Assembly (NCBI GenBank): GCA_023898425.1
Contig: CP060222.1
Location: 30,001 to 62,000, forward strand
Direction of reading: 5' to 3'
Source: Candidatus Saccharimonadota bacterium
GTDB lineage: Bacteria > Patescibacteriota > Patescibacteriia > 2-12-FULL-60-25
Length of the DNA: 32,000 bases
In this document: positions 8,849 through 16,590 of the stretch, in pieces
How positions within the stretch are numbered: the first letter of the stretch is position 1
How the letters are laid out: each line of letters starts with the position of its first letter
Made by a program: the position numbers and the translations under genes
The notes under the pieces: model-generated
The model's input: only the letters and a program-made list of their open reading frames with translations
Told to the model about the DNA's origin: nothing
The model's database searches: none

Positions 8849-9568
8849 ATGAAGAAGCGAAACCAAAAACCGCTCAAGGTTGATATCATTACGATTTTTC
8901 CGGAGCTTGTAGACCCTTATCTCAAGGGGTCTATTTTAGGACGTGGTCAAAAGGCGGGTTTGCTTGAATTAAAATCCCACCAGCTTCGCGATTGGACGGA
9001 AGACAAGCATAAGACGGTAGATGATAAGCCGTTTGGCGGAGGTCCTGGCATGGTGATGAAGGTTCAGCCTTTCCATAAAGCCTTAATGGAGCTGGGCTTG
9101 CGTAGGGCAAATGGCACACCGACAGCCAAGGCAAAAAAAGCACGTGTGATTATCACGAGCGCAAAAGGAAAGCTCTTTACGCAAGAAGATGCCAAGCGTC
9201 TTTCGAGTTATGATCAACTTGTTTTTCTCTGTGGACGTTATGAAGGTATTGATCAACGCGTTATCGATCACCTTTGTGATGAAGAATTACGTATCGGAGA
9301 TTATGTTTTAACAGGAGGTGAGCTTGCAGCCATGACAATGACGGATGCCGCTGCTCGTTTACGTGAAGGTGTGCTCGGTGATTATGCATCGCTTGATGTC
9401 GAATCACATACTGTTACGGGTATTGGTGAAGAGCCGCAGTATACAAGACCTGAATCCTATAAAATTAAAGGCATGAAAACAGCGTGGGATGTCCCGGAAG
9501 TTCTTTTATCCGGTAATCATGCGCATATCGAGAAATGGAAAAAAGAACAACGAAAACCGCTCAATTAA
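8849..9568 (+). CDS. trmD: tRNA (guanine37-N1)-methyltransferase
   Basis: VDIITIFPE, FGGGPGMVMK and RYEGIDQRV motifs. 239 aa. Confidence 0.95.
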   Translation: MKKRNQKPLKVDIITIFPELVDPYLKGSILGRGQKAGLLELKSHQLRDWTEDKHKTVDDKPFGGGPGMVMKVQPFHKALMELGLRRANGTPTAKAKKARVIITSAKGKLFTQEDAKRLSSYDQLVFLCGRYEGIDQRVIDHLCDEELRIGDYVLTGGELAAMTMTDAAARLREGVLGDYASLDVESHTVTGIGEEPQYTRPESYKIKGMKTAWDVPEVLLSGNHAHIEKWKKEQRKPLN

Positions 9569-9579
9569 TGAGCGGTTTT
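9553..9579. terminator. Palindromic hairpin spanning the overlapping stop codons of trmD and the P-type ATPase
   Basis: aaaaccgctca attaa tgagcggtttt. The trmD TAA is at 9566-9568 and the ATPase TGA (minus strand) is at 9561-9563. Confidence 0.7.
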
Positions 9580-12146
9580 GGTTTGATAAGGTCTTTTGTT
9601 AGCTCAGCTGGTAGCGACGCAAGTGCAGATAATGATACAAAGATGAAGACACCTAGTGGCGAAAGCGGGGTAGTATCAAGAACGACATTCAAAATCGGGA
9701 GATAGATCGCAAGCGTTATAAGAATGAGACCGATGCTGATACCTCCTAAGAAGACACGGTTTCCTTTAAGCCAATAGGCTTGCAAAGGTAGATGAAGACT
9801 GCGAAAGGCGATAGCAACAAAGATATGCGAGAGGGCCATCGAGGCAAAGCCAATGGTACGTGCCTCAGCATCGCTAAAGAATTGTCGTGTTATCCAATAT
9901 CCGGTAAGCAAGATCGCTCCATTTGCCGCGGCGGTAATGATAGTGATCTTTCGTAATCGTGGACCTAAGACATCATCATGTTTTTGTGGTTCGCGAATGG
10001 AGAGACCTCGGTCTTTCATTGTTTCAAAGGCATAACCAATGGCAGGAAATGAGTCTGTAAAGAAATTTGCGTAGAGAATTTGTAACGCATTTAACGGTGC
10101 TGGGATTCCGAGAGCATATGATCCAAGGATAAGAAGAACGTCATTAAAGGCATTCGAAAAAAGATAGGTGGTCGCTTTTTGAATATTATTAAGCATCTGT
10201 CGACCTTCGCTAATCGCCCCTACAATCGTTGGATAGGAGTCATCCAAAATGACGATATCGGCGGCTTCTTTGGCAACATCAGTACCTGAACCCATCGCAA
10301 CTCCAACATCAGCTATACGAAGGGCTGGAGCGTCATTTACGCCATCACCCGTTACCGCCACTGCCTCACCGAGACTTTGGTAGATTTGAACGAGACGCCA
10401 TTTTTGCTCAGGTGTAACACGAGCAAAGGCATGGTAGTTTTGAATGGTTTCTTTTAATTCGTCATCCGAAAGCTTTGCGAGATCAACACCAAGCATTACT
10501 TGAACGGGGCGTTGAGCAATACCAGCTTGAAGAGCGATAGCAGCAGCTGTTTGTGGATGGTCACCTGTAACCATTACCGTCCGTACGCCAGCTTCGCGAA
10601 TAGCGGTAACACTTTTTTGGATATCAGGACGAAGCGGATCTTCAAAGGCCAACGTTCCTAAGTATCGACAAGATGTTTTGTCTTTTTCTTGGTCAACAAA
10701 TGTTTTTGCTGTTGTTTTTTGGGTGGCAACACCAATAAGACGGGCGCCGTTTTTTGCGAGCGTTTGTAGTTCTTGATCGCTTGAACCATTTGGACATAAG
10801 GCAGACAAAACATCCGGTGCACCAACCATTACAATCAATAATGTTCCTTGATGTTCTACCAAGGTCGCGGCGTATTTACGTTCGTGGGTAAAGGGGAGTT
10901 GGTCAAGTACGGTATACTGATTTTTTACCGCAGAAATATCGATACTATGTAGCCCGGCAGCGCGCAAAATAGCCGTATCAACAGGGCTACCAATAATGCG
11001 CCAGCGCTCAGGTGGTTGTTCAGGGTTCTCGATAACGGCAGCAGACGCAAGGCTTGCTAATGTTAAAATTTCTTCATTATCTCCCGATTCGATATGCTCA
11101 AGTGAAAGTGTGGCTTTTGTCAGTGTGCCTGTTTTGTCAGTCAGAATAAGGGTTGTTGAGCCAAGCGCTTCTGCGGCAGAGAGTTTGCGTACGACACCTT
11201 TTTTATTTGCGAGTCGTTCAACACCAACAGCAAGAATAACTGACATCGCAATCGGTAAACCCTCCGGTACCATCGAAACACCGATAGCGATAGCTAAAAG
11301 AACCATCTCATTTAGTGGTGAGCCAGATGCAAGTCCCGATCCAAATACAATTGCTGTGATAATAATGGCCGCTATACCAATTTTAATTGATAGCTTGGTG
11401 ACGGATTTTTGCAATGGCGTAGCAGATACGTGGCTTTCAGCAGTAAGCTTTGCAATTGAACCAAAAACCGTATGTGCACCTGTTGCAATGACAACGCCTT
11501 CGCCTTGTCCATCAGTTACAAGGGTGCCGCTCATAACGATATTTATCCGTTCGTGGATCTCGGCAGTTTCGCTAACAGGGGTAGGTCTCTTTTCTACAGG
11601 GATAGACTCACCGGTTAAAATGGCTTCATCGATTTTTAAACCGATTTCGTTCATCAAGCGAATATCTGCTGGTACACGATCGCCTGCGCGCAAAATAATA
11701 ATATCACCCGGAACAAGGTCTTTTGCGTCACGCTCTTGTTCGGTGTTGCCTCGTCTTACACGGGCACGAACAACAACAAAATCTTTGAGTTTTTCGAGGA
11801 CGGTTTGCGCTTTCCATTCTTGCCAAAATCCCATGCTAGCATTGGCTAAGATCGCCGCAGCAATCACAATGGTTTCAATCCATTCGCCGAGTACGAGTGT
11901 TAATAATCCCGCACAGCACAAAATAATAATGAGCGGATCTTTAAACTGTTTAAGAAAAACACTCAGTGGCCCATGCTTGCCGCTGAGTGGGATGGTATTT
12001 GAGCCGAAATCGATTAATCGCTTTTGCGCTTCTTGTTCGCTAATGCCGTCTTCTGATGATTCGAGCGATTGTAGGACCAGATCATTTTCTAAAGACCAAG
12101 GAGAAACAGGGATATTCATGGCTGTATCATACTTGTTTTGGGGCAT
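9561..12146 (-). CDS. Cation-transporting P-type ATPase (type II, Ca2+/Mg2+-like)
   Basis: DKTGTLT, PEGLP, TGDHPQTA and TGDGVNDAPAL motifs. The ORF stays open to 12227, but that would abut the divergent gene at 12229. ATG 12146 (MPQNKYD) or ATG 12119 (MNIPVSPW) is more plausible. Confidence 0.9.
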   Translation of the reverse strand: MPQNKYDTAMNIPVSPWSLENDLVLQSLESSEDGISEQEAQKRLIDFGSNTIPLSGKHGPLSVFLKQFKDPLIIILCCAGLLTLVLGEWIETIVIAAAILANASMGFWQEWKAQTVLEKLKDFVVVRARVRRGNTEQERDAKDLVPGDIIILRAGDRVPADIRLMNEIGLKIDEAILTGESIPVEKRPTPVSETAEIHERINIVMSGTLVTDGQGEGVVIATGAHTVFGSIAKLTAESHVSATPLQKSVTKLSIKIGIAAIIITAIVFGSGLASGSPLNEMVLLAIAIGVSMVPEGLPIAMSVILAVGVERLANKKGVVRKLSAAEALGSTTLILTDKTGTLTKATLSLEHIESGDNEEILTLASLASAAVIENPEQPPERWRIIGSPVDTAILRAAGLHSIDISAVKNQYTVLDQLPFTHERKYAATLVEHQGTLLIVMVGAPDVLSALCPNGSSDQELQTLAKNGARLIGVATQKTTAKTFVDQEKDKTSCRYLGTLAFEDPLRPDIQKSVTAIREAGVRTVMVTGDHPQTAAAIALQAGIAQRPVQVMLGVDLAKLSDDELKETIQNYHAFARVTPEQKWRLVQIYQSLGEAVAVTGDGVNDAPALRIADVGVAMGSGTDVAKEAADIVILDDSYPTIVGAISEGRQMLNNIQKATTYLFSNAFNDVLLILGSYALGIPAPLNALQILYANFFTDSFPAIGYAFETMKDRGLSIREPQKHDDVLGPRLRKITIITAAANGAILLTGYWITRQFFSDAEARTIGFASMALSHIFVAIAFRSLHLPLQAYWLKGNRVFLGGISIGLILITLAIYLPILNVVLDTTPLSPLGVFIFVSLSALASLPAELTKDLIKPKPLIN

Positions 12147-12228
12147 ATCGTCACTCAGTAATCGTGGTTTGTGGATTGACGAATGTTGAAAAGTATGTAA
12201 CATTTTATTAACGAACATTGGAGGCAAG

Positions 12229-12837
12229 ATGGGTGACGAGAGATTGCATTTTAGTCAGAGGATTCGTCCATTTACTCAAGCGTATTTTGAGCTCAATAAG
12301 TCACTGACCGAATTCGGAAAGGCTTTTGACGTTTTGCCGAGGACAAGAAAGCGATTGTTTCCAGGTACTGAAGGTGAACGACTATACCGTACTTTGGCCC
12401 CAAAGGTTCAGGATATGGAGTCTTCGTCCTCTTTTGCGCAGTCGGCACAAAAGCTCGAAAGAGGGTATGAGTACTATGTACACTGCCTTAGCCAACGTGA
12501 GTCGGTCATTCATGACTATAAGCTAAGGATTGCAGAGAATGCAGAGCATGCAACAGTAAACGGTATTATGGCTCTTACGAGCTTTACGGAGTTGGCCGCG
12601 ACTCTTGCCGAAGGTAGCGATGAGCTTCTACTGTTCGCAAAGAATGCGCCTACCTCGAGCGAAGTTTCGATCGATTGTTTCGCTCAAGCCGCCTTTGATT
12701 ATGCAGAGGTACGAAGGTCACTGAGAAAAGTAATTCATCATACGAGCTGTATGTTTAAGGCGCGTGAAGAGCATCATCCGTTCCTTTGTCCCAAGTGTTT
12801 ACGTGAGCAACACTGTAAGAATAAGCAGCTCAACTAG
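12229..12837 (+). CDS. Hypothetical helical protein with a Cys/His-rich C-terminus (202 aa)
   Basis: A canonical SD, GGAGG (12220-12224), lies 4 nt before the ATG. The C-terminus reads HHTSCMFKAREEHHPFLCPKCLREQHC. No family recognised. Confidence 0.65.
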   Translation: MGDERLHFSQRIRPFTQAYFELNKSLTEFGKAFDVLPRTRKRLFPGTEGERLYRTLAPKVQDMESSSSFAQSAQKLERGYEYYVHCLSQRESVIHDYKLRIAENAEHATVNGIMALTSFTELAATLAEGSDELLLFAKNAPTSSEVSIDCFAQAAFDYAEVRRSLRKVIHHTSCMFKAREEHHPFLCPKCLREQHCKNKQLN

Positions 12838-12895
12838 CTGCTCAAGCCCTGTGATAGTAGTGGTTTTTGCCACCTGTCGCAGGGTCTTTTGTAAC

Positions 12896-12924
12896 TTGAC
12901 CTTTTTCTCATTTTTTAGTATCTT
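12896..12924 (+). promoter_or_regulatory. Sigma70-like promoter upstream of tRNA-Glu
   Basis: TTGACC-N17-TATCTT. It lies about 50 nt upstream of the mature tRNA 5' end. Confidence 0.45.
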
Positions 12925-12978
12925 TCCGTCACGCGAATAGCGATTTGTGGCAGTGCCACGTCGCTCGTGAGCGACCGT

Positions 12979-13053
12979 GGCCTCATCGTCTATCGGCTAG
13001 GACAACTCCCTTTCACGGAGTAAAGAGGGGTTCGATTCCCCTTGGGGCTACCA
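12979..13053 (+). tRNA. tRNA-Glu (anticodon UUC) with encoded CCA
   Basis: Hand-folded cloverleaf. Acceptor ggcctca/tggggct (two G-U pairs); D arm gtct/ggac; anticodon stem actcc/ggagt with loop cTTTCac; T arm agggg-ttcgatt-cccct; discriminator A; CCA at 13051-13053. It closely resembles canonical bacterial tRNA-Glu. Confidence 0.93.
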
Positions 13054-13055
13054 TC

Positions 13056-13085
13056 AAAAACCACTGCAGTAATGCGGTGGTTTTT
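13056..13085 (+). terminator. Rho-independent terminator after tRNA-Glu
   Basis: aaaaaccactgca gtaa tgcggtggttttt (one G-U wobble). Confidence 0.75.
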
Positions 13086-13096
13086 GTTATAGAAAA

Positions 13097-13118
13097 TCCC
13101 ACCTAGCAAGAGGTGGGA
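13097..13118 (-). terminator. Terminator for the small minus-strand gene
   Basis: tcccacct agcaag aggtggga, followed on the minus strand by ttttct. Confidence 0.6.
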
Positions 13119-13166
13119 CGTGGCAGGCGAAGTGTCTGAGGAATTTTCAGGAGAAGGGGCTAGGGG

Positions 13167-13382
13167 TTAAAAAGGAAACTCGATGTGCTCCGGTGAAGGC
13201 TTTTCGGCATTGGGGGCGTCGGCCTCCATTGGAGGGCTGGCGGTTTTCTTCGTGAGAGCGGGGCAGTTGCGGTGACCGAGGTCGCCAAAGTATTCTGCAC
13301 GGCACGAACCGCAATAGCGGGCTTTTCTTACGTCGTCTCTCCAACACATGTGAATGTCTCCTGTTGAGGATTGTGAATTCAT
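13167..13382 (-). CDS. Small Cys/His-rich protein, putative zinc-binding (71 aa)
   Basis: MNSQSSTGDIHMCWRDDVRKARYCGSCRAEYFGDLGHRNCP... An SD-like GGTGAGG lies 5 nt upstream of ATG 13382, and the ORF stays open further, to 13421. The locus is visibly more GC-rich than its flanks. Confidence 0.5.
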   Translation of the reverse strand: MNSQSSTGDIHMCWRDDVRKARYCGSCRAEYFGDLGHRNCPALTKKTASPPMEADAPNAEKPSPEHIEFPF

Positions 13383-13524
13383 AGTAGCCTCACCCAAAGG
13401 TTTTTTCAATAGATTCATCATCGCTTACAAATTAATAAACAACCAACCTTGTGTTAGGCGAGCGGCAGAGCTTAGAATGTCTAGTCGCTATCGATTGTGA
13501 GTAGTTTTCTCATCGTTGCTCGTT

Positions 13525-13533
13525 TGGTAGACT
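13525..13533 (+). promoter_or_regulatory. Extended -10 element
   Basis: TGG-TAGACT, 15 nt upstream of ATG 13549. Confidence 0.4.
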
Positions 13534-13548
13534 GAAATCATTTCATCT

Positions 13549-14421
13549 ATGGAAAAACCAAGTCACCAAGAACCAAGAAACGAAAAACCAAATTTTGGTG
13601 CTGATTTAATGAGCTATGCAGAATATGCCAAAGTTAAGCATCCGCAATTATATGAGTATCGTTTAGTGGCTGGTGATGAGATCGTTGATTTTCTAGGTGT
13701 AAAACATACGAATGATCCTCAGGATCCATTTTTTCAACATATTAAAGATAAGCTTGATAACCAAAAACCAGATCTTATTATTGTTGAGGGGATGCCGTCT
13801 ATCAATTCACAATCAAGGAAAGATCTTCAAAAACGTATGCCGACTCTGCCTAATGCTGAGTTGATACAAAGTTATGGCGAAGCATTTTATACGGCAAAGC
13901 TCGCCATTGATCGTGGTATTAAAGTTGTTTCGCCAGAGCCGAGTGATGAGCTTGCTGTTCAATATATAGAACAACAGGGTATTCCTCGTGATGTGATTTT
14001 TGCTCAGAGAGTTTCTGCTTTACTCGCACAGTATGACCGCACACAATTAAAATCCAATATCGAGGCGTATGTTGCGCCTTATCTATTGGAGATGTCCAAA
14101 CAATTTAAGTGGGATGACTATGATTTTTCTCTTGAGCGCTTTAAGGTGATTCATCAAGAGATATTTGGTGTCCCATATCAACCAGAAAATCTCTCCTTTT
14201 ATAAACTAGCTAGTGATCCTGTGCCATGGGAAGGAAAACCTTACGGACTTACAAATAAAGCTTCAGCAGCTTGGGGAGAATATCGAGACCGGTATATGGT
14301 AGAGCAATTACAGAAGTATCTCAATGAATTTAAAAAGCTTTTTATCGTCTATGGCTCAGCTCATGCTCTTATTCAAGAATCGGCACTGAGAAAGATGATG
14401 TCGGATCGTGTAAAAGAGTAG
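13549..14421 (+). CDS. Hypothetical protein with Tiki/TraB/GumN-superfamily-like motifs (290 aa)
   Basis: An N-terminal GxxH (FLGVKHT), an acidic residue after a beta-strand-like LIIVEG, and a C-terminal GxxH (VYGSAHAL). This matches the motif order of that superfamily. The assignment rests on motifs only. Confidence 0.6.
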   Translation: MEKPSHQEPRNEKPNFGADLMSYAEYAKVKHPQLYEYRLVAGDEIVDFLGVKHTNDPQDPFFQHIKDKLDNQKPDLIIVEGMPSINSQSRKDLQKRMPTLPNAELIQSYGEAFYTAKLAIDRGIKVVSPEPSDELAVQYIEQQGIPRDVIFAQRVSALLAQYDRTQLKSNIEAYVAPYLLEMSKQFKWDDYDFSLERFKVIHQEIFGVPYQPENLSFYKLASDPVPWEGKPYGLTNKASAAWGEYRDRYMVEQLQKYLNEFKKLFIVYGSAHALIQESALRKMMSDRVKE

Positions 14422-14440
14422 CTAAATTTGCTTATTAAAA

Positions 14441-14460
14441 CACCCGCGAAGTAGCGGGTG
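14441..14460 (-). terminator. Terminator hairpin between convergent genes
   Basis: cacccgc gaagta gcgggtg. The minus strand is followed by ttttaat. Confidence 0.6.
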
Positions 14461-14484
14461 AAACTTGGGGAGTGAATGGTTGGT

Positions 14485-14997
14485 TCAGGATTTCTGGGCT
14501 AGGAGCGTCTCTTCGGCTTCCCAAAAAGGAGTGAAGCGCTTGATGGGCGCCTGCAAAGCAGGGTCTTCGACCAGACGATAGAAGTAATCGTCTTGTCCGA
14601 GGATATAGGTTATCTCGTTTTGCTGGTGAATGTATTGGCTTTGGGGAGCCTCTACAATAATGCAGTTATCGGACTCTAGCGAGTAGTGGACTTCGCGATA
14701 ATGCGTGCGGCATTTTGTGAGAAGAACGCGTGCGATGACAACGTCGATTCTGCATCCGATCCGTTGGGAGATCTTGATGAGAGAGGCTTTCGCTCTTTCT
14801 GGCGTCAATGTACGCCCTTCTTCATGAGTGATGTCGAAATACGTTATCAGCTTACCTGAGTCAGTATCCATGACACGAAGACGAAGTGAGCTAGCTTTTG
14901 GCTTGAGCGTATGACCGCTCATATTGTGACCAGGCTTTCCGGCTCTCCGTGTTTTGAGCGAGGGTGGCTTTGGGTTTTCAACTCCAAAAAATGACAT
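14485..14997 (-). CDS. Hypothetical protein (170 aa)
   Basis: The SD AGGAG lies 5 nt upstream of ATG 14997 (the ORF track starts 2 codons earlier, at a GTG). No family recognised. Confidence 0.6.
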   Translation of the reverse strand: MSFFGVENPKPPSLKTRRAGKPGHNMSGHTLKPKASSLRLRVMDTDSGKLITYFDITHEEGRTLTPERAKASLIKISQRIGCRIDVVIARVLLTKCRTHYREVHYSLESDNCIIVEAPQSQYIHQQNEITYILGQDDYFYRLVEDPALQAPIKRFTPFWEAEETLLAQKS

Positions 14998-15103
14998 TAG
15001 CACTCCTAACTTTGGTACGAGACGGCTATAGAAGACCTGAAAATCCCCATTTTGTCAATGTATTACAATAGACAAAAGTATTTGATTTGGCTAAGCTCAG
15101 GCC

Positions 15104-16150
15104 ATGAAAGATTTGCGTGTATTAGCCATTGAGTCGAGTTGCGACGAAACAGCGATCGCTGTTTTGTCTGTGGATGCAAAGGGGAAAAGTGTCGAACTTG
15201 TACACAATTTGGTTTCATCGCAAATTCCTATTCACCAAAAGTATGGTGGTGTGGTGCCAGAGGTAGCAGCGCGTTCGCATGTGCCAGAAACAGTCTCGCT
15301 TTTAACGCAGGCTTTGGGTGATAAAGGGATGGATTCGTTTGATGTTATCGCTGTTACACAAGGACCAGGTCTCGCAACAGCTTTGCGTGTTGGTATCGAG
15401 GCTGGCCGTGTTTTGGCGATGTTAAGCGGTAAGCCGATTATTGGCGTAAACCATCTCGAGGGTCATTTGGCCTCTGCTTGGCTTGATGAGAAAGCGCGTG
15501 AACACTGGGAGTACCCGATGCTGGCTTTGATTGTTTCAGGTGGTCATACCGAACTCGTACTTATGAAAGCGCCAGGCAAGTATAAGATTGTTGGTCAAAC
15601 GCGTGATGATGCAGCAGGTGAGGCTTTTGATAAATCCGCAAAACTCATGGGATTGCCATATCCGGGAGGTCCACAGATTTCAAAGCTCGCACTTGAAGGT
15701 GACGAAAAGGCTTTCGATTTGCCGCGTCCAATGCTTAAGGACGCAACCCTAGATATGAGCTTTAGTGGACTAAAGACTGCAGTACGTTTGGCTTGGCAAA
15801 CGGTTTCAAGCAAAGAAGGTGAGGCTCGAGAACAAGCCAAAGAAGATCTTTCTGCCTCGGTACAGCGCGCGATTGTTGATGTGCTCGTATACAAAACCAT
15901 AAAGGCAGCAAAAAAACACCAAGTAAAAGCAATACTTTTGGTTGGAGGTGTATCGGCTAATGCTCTTTTGCGTGAAGCGTTGGGCAATGCTATTGAAACG
16001 CAATTATCTGACGTTCGATACTTTCCTTCTGACAAAAGATATATTACGGATAATGCGGCAATGATTGCGGCGGCAGGCTATTGGCGCTATCAACTTGGTG
16101 AGTCGCATAATTGGAAGACGATGGACGCAAAACCAGAATGGAATGTATGA
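15104..16150 (+). CDS. tsaD: tRNA N6-adenosine threonylcarbamoyltransferase
   Basis: LAIESSCDETAIAV, SGGHTEL and the Kae1/Gcp-family layout. 348 aa. Confidence 0.95.
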   Translation: MKDLRVLAIESSCDETAIAVLSVDAKGKSVELVHNLVSSQIPIHQKYGGVVPEVAARSHVPETVSLLTQALGDKGMDSFDVIAVTQGPGLATALRVGIEAGRVLAMLSGKPIIGVNHLEGHLASAWLDEKAREHWEYPMLALIVSGGHTELVLMKAPGKYKIVGQTRDDAAGEAFDKSAKLMGLPYPGGPQISKLALEGDEKAFDLPRPMLKDATLDMSFSGLKTAVRLAWQTVSSKEGEAREQAKEDLSASVQRAIVDVLVYKTIKAAKKHQVKAILLVGGVSANALLREALGNAIETQLSDVRYFPSDKRYITDNAAMIAAAGYWRYQLGESHNWKTMDAKPEWNV

Positions 16151-16590
16151 CGCAAACATTTACGATTACAACACTCAATGACTGGGAAGCGCTCGCAAAA
16201 GATATTGCGAAGATTTTAGTACCTGGCCAAATTTTTGCCCTGCAGGGTGATTTAGGAGCTGGTAAAACCACCTTTGTTCAAGCGCTTGCTGCGGCGATGG
16301 GTTCTAAGAGCGCGCCAAAGAGTCCAACGTTTTCGTTAATGCGTACGTATTCGGTTAAAACGACATCGGGCATTAAACGTTTGATTCATGTTGATGCATA
16401 TCGTATCGAAAGCGATGAGGATTTTCGTGTCCTGGATTTAGACGAAGAGCTCGCAGGAGGTGATGCGATTCTTGCATTAGAGTGGCCAGAACGTGTAGAA
16501 GGGTGGATCAAAAAACATGAGAAGCAAGTCCTCATGTTTTCGATCGTTCAAGAAGGGGAGACGCGGCACGTAACGCTTGAACAGATTTAG
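16147..16590 (+). CDS. tsaE: tRNA t6A biosynthesis ATPase TsaE
   Basis: The P-loop GDLGAGKTTFVQAL followed by SPTFSLMRTY. An ATGA start/stop overlap with tsaD supports the start at 16147. Confidence 0.9.
   Translation: MTQTFTITTLNDWEALAKDIAKILVPGQIFALQGDLGAGKTTFVQALAAAMGSKSAPKSPTFSLMRTYSVKTTSGIKRLIHVDAYRIESDEDFRVLDLDEELAGGDAILALEWPERVEGWIKKHEKQVLMFSIVQEGETRHVTLEQI

Noticed and set aside
10996-12189. A 397-aa ORF on the + strand, antisense to the P-type ATPase.
   Set aside because: It lies entirely inside a gene with unmistakable P-type ATPase motifs. Its product is low-complexity (Ser/Ala/Ile/Pro-rich) with no start context. It is most likely a shadow ORF created by the sense-strand codon usage.
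13147-13347. An alternative 66-aa ORF overlapping the small Cys-rich gene in another frame.
   Set aside because: It has no SD or promoter context and an Arg/Pro-rich composition typical of an off-frame reading of GC-rich DNA. The 13167-13382 frame has an SD and an ordered Cys/His pattern. The choice remains unverified.
12979-15003. An integrated mobile element using tRNA-Glu as its attachment site.
   Set aside because: I found no direct repeat of the tRNA 3' end downstream, and no integrase is adjacent (the Xer-type gene is 17 kb away). The region is kept only as a compositionally odd islet.
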